Source: Azolla caroliniana
Taxonomy: Eukaryota; Plantae; Polypodiophyta
NCBI GenBank assembly: GCA_043228905.1
Contig: JBHGNT010000010.1
Location: forward strand, 21,700,001 to 21,764,000
Length of the DNA stretch: 64,000 bases
Reading direction: 5' to 3'
Below the pieces are notes generated by a model. It searched no databases, had not been told where the DNA came from, and worked only from the letters and a program-made list of their open reading frames with translations. The translations under genes were made by a program, and so were the position numbers. Position 1 is the first letter of the stretch. Each line of letters starts with the position of its first letter. Shown piece after piece: positions 17,228-30,407 of the stretch.

Positions 17228-20200
17228 AATATTAACGTCTTCTAAGGCGAAATTTGGCCCATGAGACAATTGGGTTACAACAAAAATGAGTGTTTATCTA
17301 ATCATCAAAACTAAAATAAAAGAAAATAGCTTAAGCTAAGAAAGTTCTAGTAGTGTACAAAACTTTGCACTAAGCCTAATCTCATTTCCACCCAAGTCTC
17401 TCAAAAAGAAGGGGGAGGTCGAAAGTTTTTAGTGTGGGTGTGACCCATGGTCCCGATGCATAGAGTGCCCTAGCCATGGCTTCTAGGCGGTGTAGTTCAC
17501 GTTCCCTTATTTTCTTTATTGCTTCTACATCTCGTTGAGTTGCTTTGAAACCTGGCATCCGAGGGCGTTTGGTTCTTCTTTGATTTTCTGCTTCATCAAG
17601 GAAAAATCTGAGTGGTGCAGGTGTGTCGACATTCATTGTTTCCCCCTGTTCCTGAAAAACTTCATTTGTTATATGTTGGTAAACATTAGCAACATTATTA
17701 TCCACGTTTTGTAATTTATTCTCTCTGTGTTGTTTCAATTCTAAGATGTATCTACCAAATTTCTTTATATCTAGTGTATCTAATAGTTTAGGGAGGGTGG
17801 GAGAGGAACCAAGTATGTCTTGGTATTTTGCCCTTATCTCGGCATAGGTGGGGCATTTGCATGTAAAATGGTACCCATCCTCTATCTCTATGTGGCATAA
17901 CCTACATATCCTTTCCTCCCTAGGGACTCCATTAGTACGTCCATTCTCAATCTCAAGTTGGTGAGATGATATTCTAAGTTGACCAATGGCAACCCTTAGT
18001 GCATGTGGTAAGAATACATCTAGATATTTTGGGCGCATGATAAAACCTAACTTAGAGAAGTGCATAAAGTGTTCCTTATAGTACGACATTTTAGATAGGA
18101 GTGGCTCTAGTGGGGTGATCCATTTATACCGAGTATAAATTTGCCATATTTCTTGGCGTATTACTTTATTACGGTCCTCATGAGAGATTAAAGTGTTATC
18201 AGTCGTGTAATCGTACTTAAGGGGGGGGAGGTTATTAATGTCTAGACCGTTGGCAAGAAGCCAACTCACCATCATGCCATACCATGAGCTAGTATAGCGG
18301 ACTCATACAGTGATCGAGAAGCCTTAAAGGCTTGGTGGGATATTCTATCAAGTGGTTGGTTATGTATCCTGTGAATAAAGACTACTAGTTGAAAAAGTGC
18401 TTCTACTAACATAGGGGGTAGAGTGAACTCAGCCCTAATAATGTCATGTGGGACCGACGATTTGCTTCGGAGTTGGCGTGATAACATCATCACCAATGGT
18501 CTCTCTAATTGTGTCCACATGAAAGATAGTAGTCCTGGGGCCCAAACCGCTGATGCATACATGAGAGAGGGAGTCACTAATGAGTCAAAAAGCCACCCTT
18601 TCGTTCGTGGCTCTTGGAAGTATGCTTGGTGGCATTGTCTCTCGAGGAGTGAGGGGGATGCATGTCCTCTTGTAAGTCTATCCTTCGCTGCTTGTGTCAT
18701 CGAAAATTTACCTGAGCGGGCACTAAAAGTGACTCCGAGATAGACATATGATCTAACCACCTCAACTGGGCTATGGGAGATAGTTAGGTGACACTTAGCT
18801 CTAACTTGGGCCGACGTGTGGAAGATAAGGACTTTAGTTTTCCCTAGATTCACTACCAATCCTCGTTGTGTACAAAAGTCATCTAAGGCATTAAGGTGCC
18901 TTTGTAGTTCGTGTTTGGATTCAGAGAGCAAAACTATGTCGTCTGCATAGAGCAAGATACGCACATGCGTACCCCCATGGACTACTCCATTGCCTCCCTT
19001 ACGAGCAATAAAATCTGTGATCTCATCAATGTAGATTCCAAAAAGAGTCAGAGATAAGGGGCAACCTTGTTTTACACCTATAGTGCTAGTGAAACTATCG
19101 GATATGCCGCCTGGGCATCGAACACACCCGAACACTTGTTCATATGGTGCGTAGATGGCCCAAACCATGTCATCTGGTATCCTCAAGCTCTTAAGCCTAT
19201 CCAACAACCGCTCTCTAGGGACCGTGTCAAAGGGTTTGCGGAAGTCCACAAAACAACAATATAGTTTCTTCTTACGAGCCTTAGTCTGGTCAATTAAGCA
19301 TCTAAGTGTGAAGATATGGTCAATAGTGGAGAAGGCTCGTCTAAAGCCAACTTGTTCAGGTGCACGAAGATTTAAGGTCTCCATATACTCGCTAAGCTTT
19401 GCCTCCATTACTACACCATATAATTTAGCAAGGGTATGACCTATCATAATGGTCCTATAAGTATTTGGGTCCATGGGGTCCCCCCCTTTATGTATGGGGG
19501 GCACTGTGTTCATGGTCCATTGTGGTGGAAAACCCTTTGCGAGGGCACGATTGAAGATTAGAGTTAGCAAGGGAGCTAGGCATTCTCTCGCGTGTATGAT
19601 GTGTTCTGCTCGCAATCCTGTGTGGTCCATGGACTTCCTATGTTGTAATTTCTTTATGACCTTCGTGACCCTAGAGGTCGTGAAGAGTGTCCCCACAATA
19701 GGTCGGGGTGTAGAAGGCATTGGAATGGGTGGTTGGTTTGGGATTTGGTAAAGTCTATCTGTATAAGTGTGCCAAGTTTCGGGATCTTCAATGGGTGTTT
19801 GTGGTCTTGGTTCCCATAATCTCTTCCATGCAGTGGCACAATCGCTACTCATGAGCATGTGGTAGAGTTCCCAATATTAGGATGCCTCCCATGCTCGTCT
19901 CTTACGACGTGTCATCTTGCGCATTTCTTTATGAGCTTGTACTGAGGTAATACTACTACTGAGTTGCGATATTGTAAATTGTCGATGTAAGCACCTACAA
20001 TCCTCATCATACCATCTATTTTGTGGCATAGATCCTACTTTACCTTGATTGGAGTGTTTCGTGTATGGGAAACTGCTAACTGCTGTAGAGTGAAGGATGT
20101 GTGTGAGTTTTGTACTAAGGCTCTCTAAAGGTAGGGAGGGATCAAGGGAGGAGAGATGGGCTTGAACATGTCGAGCATATATGTCAGAGAGCTCATGTGT

Positions 20201-21215
20201 GAAATGTATTGTGATGTCATGGCGTGGTTGACTAGAGTTGGTGACGTTAGAGATATCGCATTTTATCTCGAAGTATAAGAAACTATGGTCCGCGCCAATA
20301 GGACATGGGGCCACTTGGAGGGAGTTAATCATGTGGGTAGCTTCAGGGCGTCCTATTAGATAATCGACTGTGCTTTCCCCTCCTCCATGTGGGAAACATG
20401 TGAGCTCTTCCGAACCTGGCCACTTGGCTAAACCATTATATATGACCATCTGGTGCCGACTACCGAGTTCGAGCAAATGATGGCCAAAGCTCGTGGCGTC
20501 TGCACCTTGATCCTTTGATCTACGTGTGGTGTCTATGTCTGAAGGATCGACATTTACCATTTCTAGGTTTCTATTCATTTGAAATATTGTGCATTGTCGG
20601 GATTGGGTTCTCGCATTAAAGTCTCCTACAAGGAATACTTCTCCTTGGGAAGAATATCGGATTATGTCATCCGATAGAGGTTCATATGGGGAAGGCCCAT
20701 GTGGCACTCCGTCATCAACTAATCTCGCCTCGCCAGCCAGATTATAACGAGAGCCTTTCGGGGGAAAGTAACAAATGGCGAAAATTACTGCCTTGTCCTT
20801 GCTTGTGGAGACTTTCACCCACATAAAACGAGCTTCTGGGTCTGTGCTCAGTATTTCTATCCTATTATGTAGCTCCCTCCAAAACAATATTGCGACACCT
20901 CCAGATCCCCTGGTAGTGCATCGACGTAAGGTTTGTCTAAAAGCCAATTCCCAAGAAAATCCTTCGACTCGTGGGAGTCCCCTATTTGGGCTTTGGTGTT
21001 TTTCTACTAGGCAAACTATATCTGATTCCTTTAATATCCCCTCTAGGTGGCCGGGGTGTGTCCAGAGTGCGCCGTTACAATTCCATAAGGTCATCCTAAG
21101 TGTGTTTTCTGTCACATGGGCCACACGCCGTCAATTAGTAGAGAGAGAGGGAGAGTCAAGACCACACAAACGAGAGAGGGAGAGCTTGTACAATGTATAC
21201 TATATAGTGGATCAT

Positions 21216-21259
<44 letters not shown>

Positions 21260-21412
21260 TATCCAAACCGGCTTCCAAGCCGCTTTAGGCTAAACCGGTT
21301 TGTGAACCGGTTCTGTTCAGGTTTGAGATCCCCAAAACGGTTTAGGCTTAGCCGGTTTGGCTTGAATCAGGCCAAACTGGCTAAGCCTAAACCAAACTGT
21401 TGCCAATCCCTA
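17051..21412. mobile_element. hAT-type MITE (~0.3 kb) split by a LINE insertion
   Basis: TIRs TAGGGTTTGGCAA (17051) and TTGCCAATCCCTA (21400-21412). 8-bp TSD ACCGCAAG/ACCGCAAC (7/8 match). Dense subterminal AAACCG and GGCTTA/TAAGCC motifs in both arms. Confidence 0.85.
17190..21217 (-). mobile_element. Near full-length non-LTR retrotransposon (APE + RT + C-terminal Cys/His; RTE-X-like), disabled
   Basis: APE ORF 21124-19877 (LWNCNG, VGDFNAR, STVDY, ADH). One in-frame stop, then the RT ORF 19858-18272 (GVKQGCPLS, LLYADD, YVYLG). A 1-nt frameshift near 18290 leads into the C-terminal ORF 18275-17382 (ICRLCH...HFTCKCP). (TTTC)n tail at 17190-17229 and (GA)n on both flanks. Confidence 0.93.
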
Positions 21413-21433
21413 ACCGCAACCATCGTAGGTTTA

Positions 21434-21674
21434 CCAAATTATTATGTGGCGTAGATTGATAATCCTTTTGATAAGGACACCTTACACCCCATGGCATTTG
21501 GCAAACACCTGTAGTGAGTGGAGGCTAACAAACTTGAACCACCTAAAAGTGTATTTACCTAAGTGCATGGTAACCATCATAGGTTTACCATTTGGAAAAA
21601 TGTTTGCCAACTGCCATGGGATGTAAGATTTCCTTATCAAAAGGATTGTCAACCTACTCCACATAATAATTTGG
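21434..21674. mobile_element. TA-flanked MITE (Tc1/mariner-like) with ~75-bp TIRs
   Basis: TA|CCAAATTATTATGTGG...TGGCAAACA (21434-21507) is inverted to TGTTTGCCA...CCACATAATAATTTGG|TA (21601-21674). Confidence 0.8.
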
Positions 21675-21823
21675 TAGATAGTGTTTTTTAATTCAAGAGT
21701 TCTCATTCATCAAACTTTTACTCCTGATGCCCACATGCTGTAAAATACAAGTTTCAAGATGTGCACATATAATTAGCAGAAAATTACTTATTGAATAAAA
21801 ACTGGTTATTTCATTGCCAAGTT

Positions 21824-24734
21824 TCAAGATTTTCTGTCTTCTTTCTTGCTTTCATATATATATGCATCTTTGATAACCTGAGGTGTAAAATCCTCCCTCA
21901 CATAAGCACTCAATAAGTCTGCGTATGTGTCGTATCTGGCAGTCATTCGGAATCCCCATTTATCCTTCACCTGTTGACACAAGTTCAAGTCCATATCTGC
22001 AATCATCAATCCATCCTGGTACCTAGACAAGCAAGGTGTACAAGATGCATCTGGAGCTGAAAAATAGCTGGATCCATAGAAATGGCCAAAATCTGTATGT
22101 GCTGGTTTTCCATCACCAGAGGTAAAAGGCCGAGGAAAGACCTCTGTGCCAACACGATTGATTGCACCTACAAAGTAACTATTGGCTATGGCTGCATTAC
22201 GAGCCTAAAAGTTCACAAACACCATTCCAAATTAGAAAAGAATCACTAATTCTAGGCAACAAATACAAATCATAGGGCAACAATATTTTGTTATACCAAG
22301 TATAAGCAACAGTACATACCATACCAAATATAGAAAATAACATTCACATAGGGAAGTATAGGCAGAAATATAATATTCACTTACCTCGATAAGCAACAGT
22401 ACATACCATACCAAATATAGAAAATAACATTCACATAGGGAAGTATAGGCAGAAATATAATATTCACTTACCTCGATAGGCCACATTGGTTCACTCAAAT
22501 TGCCTACGGTTGCTGAAGGATTGAACACTATCTCAGCTCCATTGAGCCCAAAAGCAAGCCAATTTAATGGATGATGTCGGCCGTAGCATATATTTACAGC
22601 AATCTTTCCATAGGCAGTGTCAAATACTGGATGCCCTGTATTTCCTTCCATGTAATATGTACTCTCATTGAAGTCGCCAACCCTTGGGATGTGATTCTGA
22701 CAGAATTACAGTATGGCCAAGTATTAAGCATGTTTATTTAACTCTATATTGAAGAATGTTTATCTGACTATATTTTCACTCAACTTGGGTGTAACTTTAA
22801 CACATTTCTGAGATATGCAATAGGTTGACTATCAAGTATTAATCATTAAGTAATGCAACCGCACATGAATGTAATGCCTCTTACCAGAAGGATAAAAAAC
22901 ATCTAGGTGTTCATCTCTTACTGAAAAAGAGAATCTTCTCTGGGAAATTAGGCTAAAATAAGTAATGCTGAATCAGCTGTTTCCAACAGCATATGTGACG
23001 GGTATTTTCCCAATTTGACAAGTGGTTTTGAAAGTTTCCATGCATTATTAAAACATGCAAGTGTATTACCTTTCGGTGTTTGCCGATGATATTGCCATGG
23101 TTCCCAATCACCACTGCAGTATTCCACAAAACATCTCCATGATGTTTATCTCGTTCTAAAATAGGACTTATAATCACCATGTTATGTTTCTGAGCAAGAA
23201 CTTGCAAAAACTTTGTGGATTCTCCTTCCTCGGCACTTTCTGCAAATTCACACCAGCTTTTCTCCCTTGTGCAGAAAGCAAATGGCATTGTCCACGCCTC
23301 CTGCCAAAACCCACCATTCATACATTTGCTGCGTGTGAAAAGGATGATAACATGATCTTTGCCACATAGTATACATGAACATTCATAATATATAACAATT
23401 AGAAAAGAATGCGGACATACTCTTTGCCACATACTATGCATGAGAATCCATGATATATAACTAAGTAGAGAAGAATGAGAACATACTTTACCACACATCA
23501 TTCATTAACATCTATATTGTTGCTTTTGAAAGAATGAAATTTGCCCCATTCCATCCACAATCCCCAAAATTTTCTTTAGAGAAGAATCAGCAAAAGCCAT
23601 TGCCCAGCATATTTCTTTAGAAAAATAAGAGACTTCTATTTCCTATTATACATCTTTAAGGATAGACATTATCACAGCATCCATAGTCCATAGTCCGTAA
23701 TGTTTCTTTACAAAAAAGTGAACGATTTTAATTCACATTGTGTGTAATTGAGGATAACAAAAAAAAAGCCATTGGAGGTCATATCACTCATAAGTCTTCA
23801 AGAACGACCACATGATTTTCGTATAGCATGTCTTCAAGGATAACACCCATAAAAGAATGCAGACATAATTTCTCGTCGTATTGTCTTCAAGTATAAGAAA
23901 CCAATATGATGGAAAACTTAAATCATTCATATAGGGGTATTCTTGGTGTTTTTCCTTCTCAAAATATTGTTACAAGTACCTGGAGGCAGAGAACATTAAC
24001 CGAGGCAGCACCAGCTGCATCTATAATAGATCCAACACGATCCATGATTGCCTTTTTCTGATCTGAGAATGGACTATTGGTTGGAAGAACTATTTTGTTC
24101 TGAACCAAGGCAGATCTAACCACACGTGGAAGTCTCATCTGCTCTTTCTCAGCCTTGAAACTGAATCCCTAATCCAAAATTTATAATAATATGGCAGAAA
24201 TTAATTAAGATGTTTAAACTTTACTGTGAATCTGAAAATGCCACAGTGAATCTGAAAATGGCACAACTAAGTTTTAAAATTTCTCAAGAGTAAGTCTTAA
24301 GCTAGCTCCAGCAGCAGATGAAAATCTGCATAAAAATCATATATATAAGAAAGGCCTTGTGAGAATGAATATATGCTCACCTGTATGTCGAATTTCGAAA
24401 GGTTGGCTGTCAAGATGACATTTTCTGGCAACTCAAGTGAAGCGACTACATCATCTCCATTGCATCCCTGCAGAATTCTGTATACTTCCTAAATATGTTC
24501 ACATATAGGAAAGCAAGCGTGAGTAATGGAAACACCAGAAACAACAAAGTAAGAAAGATAGAAGCAAGGAAAGAAAAGGGATGAGTAAAACCCAGAAATA
24601 ACATAGAAAGAAGGCAAGGTTGTCACCTTCAAAGTAGAAGGAGGTAAATGAGCAGCGAGGATGCGATGGAGAGAAGAGTGTTGATGTGAGGATTTTGTCT
24701 CTCCGTTCTGTTCATATTCCTGCTCTTCCGCCAT
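21824..24734 (-). CDS. PYD3: Beta-ureidopropionase (beta-alanine synthase, nitrilase superfamily), 6 exons
   Basis: Catalytic E-K-C motifs [27 protein letters not shown] and [12 protein letters not shown]. Exons: 24734-24627, 24488-24381, 24168-23980, 23300-23070, 22696-22472, 22204-21824. Confidence 0.95.
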
Positions 24735-26527
24735 AGCTCTCTTGTGTTCGTCGTCGTCGTCTACTTTTCCTTCTTGGGATCTTTCGTTCTGTTATCACAC
24801 GGTGGGAGATAGTAGTAATAACAGCATGATGATGATGGGTGTCAAGTTTTATTCTTATATTGGAGGATCAAGCTTTTTCAATGGACAATGATGATCTTTT
24901 CCAATTGGAGGGATGAACAATCGCGACCATGCCTAATGCATGCATGTATGTGTCTCCAAACCCATACGCATCTTCTCATGGTGTTTCTAGGAGTCATCGT
25001 GTTGGTCCCAACATCTTCTTCTCACTTCTCAACGTTTTACTTCTTTGCATACCAATTATTAGTGGCACTACCTAGTACCTATACTACTCGCCAATGCATT
25101 TGTGATCAATACATCGATTACTGCACCGAGAAGCTGAATTGATCGTAGGCCTTTCAAAGCTTACACAATATTAATGCTCGTGCAACATCGATATCATGGT
25201 GTACGATATTAGTTGGCTATATGAGCACCATGAAGCATATGTTCCATTAAAGTTTGGTCATTTGACCCAAGGTACGATCATCGATCAATTCTACTATTAT
25301 TATGATGTTGATAATGGTTTCACACTTTACATATACACAAAGAAAATGTTTTTACTTGCTCAAGTTCGCCATCTAACTAAGGTTTATATGTTGTGTAATG
25401 ATGACGATTGTGATGATAGATGACATCTTAAATGCTTTGCAAATATCTAGGTTAGAACCATCTCATCTATTGCTAACTTTTTAATTGAGGGTCTTGCCAT
25501 ACCAATCACTCAACTGCACTCATATAATTCTAGGTCATTGTGTAAGTAGGGACATCCATTTGACTTACACAACATGTTATCGAGATCAACAAGGATAGGA
25601 TCATTACACATGGTATAACTTGGTAGAGCTAACCAAACAACCATGTTCAACCTTATTTTACAACCTACTCTTCCTTCCTCTTGAACTTGTTTGAATGTGC
25701 ATCCACAAATGCATATTACCACAAACAAGGAATATGGATGTAGTTAATTCTCAAGTAGGTTGGATTCATACTCACCCACAAATACCATGGATATGAACCC
25801 TAGATGAAGTTGGAAATCAAGAATCTAATCATGTATATATAAACATTTCATAAAATATAATTAGTGATTTTTGTCTTTGTACTCATCAGTTATGTGCGTT
25901 GTCATGATTCCCTTTCAACCATTTAATTGGATAATTAAAATAGTTGATCGCACTTTTAGAAACCACAATACATATTTCTCTCTTTTGGTGCAAGTTGTAA
26001 GTATTGCTCATTTTAATATGATACCAAATCATAGCCATGAGTATTATTCAAATTTCATACAATTAGTTAACAAAGTTCATATTCTTTACTTTGATAGTTT
26101 TCATTTTTTGAAGTAAAGTGACTTTAAGTATTCCCATATTTACACCTTTTTAAGTAAAAAAACACAAAAGCTTGTGAATATTTCAAAATTTGGGAAAAGG
26201 GTATCTAACAACATAATGTGCAAGCATTGCCTTTATATAAAATATATAAGACTTGAAGTCCCACAAATTATTGTGTATCGTCTTGCAAGTTAGACAAATG
26301 GAATTTTGAAACTTGAATATATAAAAATATATAGTCGAATTCTTGCTGATGCAACTCTGATGCTTCCAAAAAAAAATTGGTTAAATCTTGTGATGACGAC
26401 AAATAGAAATGTGAGCCAAACTAGCACCATAACAGATTGAATAATATTGATGTGCAAGGCCATGTTAGTATTACACTGTGTCACATTTGGAAAATAGGGA
26501 GCCTCAAATTTTTACATAATTGCTAGA

Positions 26528-29500
26528 CTACAAGGTTGCAATCAATGGTTGCTTCATTGTTCTCTTATGTCTTCCTCCCCAAGTAGGAAGTTTGAAATAT
26601 GTATCAAGAACAGGCTTTATTTTCTTGTTCTGGTATGTTTCTCCAAGATACCCCCGACAATTTGAAGCTCCACAACAACATTTCACACTTCCTCCAAATT
26701 GAACAAACCTATTCATAAAAGAGAGGTCATGATACATGAATAAAAGAAACTCTGATGCAAATCAGAAAGCACATAGCAAATATTCCATCGTTTTAAGACA
26801 TCATTTCTCTTACTTGTAATCATATGTTAAAGCCTCGCCATGTTTGATATCTCGAATGGCGAATATACCGACTCTAATCTCTTTGTCAACCCTCCTTCAT
26901 CAACGAATTCATCACAAATGGTTAACGATAGTATAATCTTATCCAATGCTAGAGAACATATCAAGATAAATAGCTGACCACTTCTCAAGAATACAATTCG
27001 GATGACAACTGTGATTAACAAACCGAGATGCATTTCCTTTGAAAGTGGCATCGATTATAAAGTTCTTGCCAATTTCACACATGTAGAAATTGTGATCCCC
27101 TTTTGCTTTCATTGTCCATAGACGCTCTTCACAGATAGCTTCATTTATAACTGAACATGAAGTCCAACAGACAGAAGGTACAAACTATTTGAAAATCATT
27201 AATTTTCTTTTCCCATATGAAAACAAAACTCCCAATTTCATTGGACACAACAGTACATGAAACGGCATAACAATAAGCCAAAACAATTACGTCAGATGAA
27301 CAGCGACACTAAAGATCTTTTCATCAATAAAAAGGAGACATTATCATATCATTATTAGGTGCTAAACACAGATTAATTCTCAAGAAATAATAGTGATACT
27401 TTTCATTGCAACCCTAACTTAAATAGTACAGCTAATATATCAGTGACATAAACATGCAACCTCCAGCATGCTCTTAATGTGTACCTTCTCCTACGTACTC
27501 AACAATGAATTCTCCCTTCGCAATAGGTTCAGAGGTCTGGATGCCCCAACCACAATTCAATGTCTGCATATATAATGTTCTTATTTAGAGCCAAGCTAAG
27601 ATGAAATTTGTTCTAATAAATCAAATGTTTCATACTGAATCACAATGATCGTGGACATTGTTTCTTAGACAAAAAAAAAAGACAAGGCCACAGTACTTTT
27701 AACAACAGTTTTTTAGTTGGGGATGCCACTTTTAAAGATATATATATATATAGGAGGGTTTATTAGTCAAATAAGTTTTCTCACCATATGACAATATGTA
27801 GCTAAAATTCTAACAGTCAATCAAGGCATAGAAAGTAATAAAATACCATGATCAACACATAAACTACATGGTTTCTATAAATATCATGAGGTCTGTTGGT
27901 AACAGTCACTTGTATAGGTTTTTGTTTAAATGTCCACATCAAAAAGCAGAGAGTAGTATGTCAAAATTTACCTTAACAATTTTGATTTTCTTGTCTTTAC
28001 GGAATGGTTTATTTCTACATTTGTCCTCACAGGAACAGCTCTTTGAGCAGCTCATGGATTGAGCTCTGTGAAACGAGTAAAGAAAAACAACCTTAATCAA
28101 CACAGTTCACTCTCCATACTTGAATATAGTATTTTAGGCAGACATAGATAAGAATGAGGAGATGGAGCCAAAATATGCAGCTTTATAATATCACAATAAA
28201 AAAATTCTAAGAAATCATCTATCAAGCTGTAATACAAAGCATCGGTGCCCCATGATATAATCTGGGCAGAGATGGGTGCAGCCCCTATAATCATCGAGGC
28301 ATTATTCCAATCAATGACCTGTATCCAACAGCTTTGGAAGCTCCCTAAACAAAGGTACTCAAGGTTAGCACTTACATCATCAAAACAACTTGCAGCACAT
28401 GGAGACGTTCATTGCTGGTATGCTGAAATGCAACAATGGTTCGAGTGACATGACATAAGCGTAAATGCATTGCCCCTGTTCCAATATAGTTTAGATTGCC
28501 CCCATCTAAACATGACCAAAGTGGAAAAGAATAGAGTGATCCAAACTGATATTATTAACTTAGAAAACAAATAACATGGATCAGCCCCAAAACTTGGTAG
28601 GAAGATGGCCCACTATAAGACACTTTTTGCACACATCGGAGGATGGATTCATCATCAGGTCATCTGATATAGACATACATCTATCCTATGCAATGTGCGG
28701 TGTGATAGGGCAGCTGCAAACTTCATCAGATCATTTTAGAGATTGAGGTAGGCAGATATGCACTGAAAGAATTTGCCGATTGTGTCATCAAGGAGTAGAA
28801 TCTGAAGAACATTATGAATGTAACTATAGTGTTTTTCTGAAATAAGAGGGAGATACCATTGTCTCTTTAAAAAAGACTTTGGCCCACTATGCAAGGTAGT
28901 GGAATATGAGGACCAACGGTTCTTGGGATTTTTCTTGTTAGAAATCAAGACACCGGGAGAAGTTATTGAAGGACAACCATACAGCCACACAAACTCATCA
29001 ACAAAGAACAATCACAACTTTCTTTAGCCCCATTATTCCTACTCATGCTACAAGTCAATCAAGGGCTACACAAATGGGCTCCCGACCAGGACATAACAAA
29101 GGGGTTACAATAGATCCGGCAATCGCAATTTGTTGTGCACGTAAGCCCCATCCCCATGGATCACGATCTCAATACATAAAGGCCATTATTCCTACTCATG
29201 CTACAAGTCAATCAAGGGCTACACAAATGGGCTCCCGACCAGGACATAACAAAGGGGTTACAATAGATCCGGCAATCGCAATTTGTTGTGCACGTAAGCC
29301 CCATCCCCATGGATCACGATCTCAATACATAAAGGCCATTATCTCCCACCATCACACATGCTTCCCTTGCTCCGGAGACCTCTCCATTCTGGATCGACCT
29401 ATGCTAGAGATCTTTCGAATACAAAAGTTACACTGATTTGAGAATCTTACATGTACCGATGACTAGATTCTTTAGTCTCTTTTTACCTTATTTAATTTTT

Positions 29501-30375
29501 TTACTTAGTAACATTAATTTATTTTGATTTGTTCTTAAAGACAAGACAACACTTACGATGTAATCTGTTGTTTGGTCTTATAGGCCATTTATGGATCTTA
29601 AAGACGTTAATATATCTTTCTTCTTCAAAAGAGGTTCAGGTGAGAAAGAGAACCTGCATATACAACCATCTTGACATGAGCCTTTGCAATTGCAACCAAT
29701 GCCACCATCAACATCATCCTTCCTCCTTTTCACTAAAAAAATGTCTTTGAAAGGTTATGGATTCTCAATATAATAAAGCTCCAAACCAGCTCAATATAAA
29801 CCGGTTGTTGAAGCCACAAACTCTAAAATACCCTAGTTTTTCTTTATTACTCCAAATAAACCCAAGTTTTTGTTTTCATCCAAATGCCTTGCTTAACCCC
29901 GAGAAGACCAATTATATGTGCCCTTAAAGCAAATGTGTCCCCTTTTTCTCAATTTCATGTTACTGTGAACATATCCCTTTTTTCTCACTTTCTGGAGGGT
30001 GATCAGGGGCATTTGGGTAAGTAATGAAGACTTAGGGACATTTGGGGTCATCAAGAAAAACTTGGTGCAATGAAAAAGGTGACATTTGACAGGATACTGC
30101 GACGAGTATACACAAATGGAGCTGGTTCAAGTTCATTTTCTGAAATCTCCTGTAATCTTGACTGTATACTGAACTCAATAGGAGCATAAGGAATGGGTAA
30201 CCTCTTGAAAGTTTCCTGTGTACAGATTTGGTTGGTCATTGCCACAGAAGTGTGTATATAAATAGTGTGTTTCTCGCAAAATAAATAAATAAATTCCTTA
30301 CCTTTATAATATTTGTTGAAACCTTATGCTGCACTGATTCTGTGTCAGAATATCATCATAATAGTGGCTCCAATC

Positions 30376-30407
<32 letters not shown>

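Noticed and set aside
28966-29436. 156-aa ORF with an exact internal repeat as a novel gene
   Set aside because: It is the tail of a LINE relic containing a 153-bp tandem duplication.
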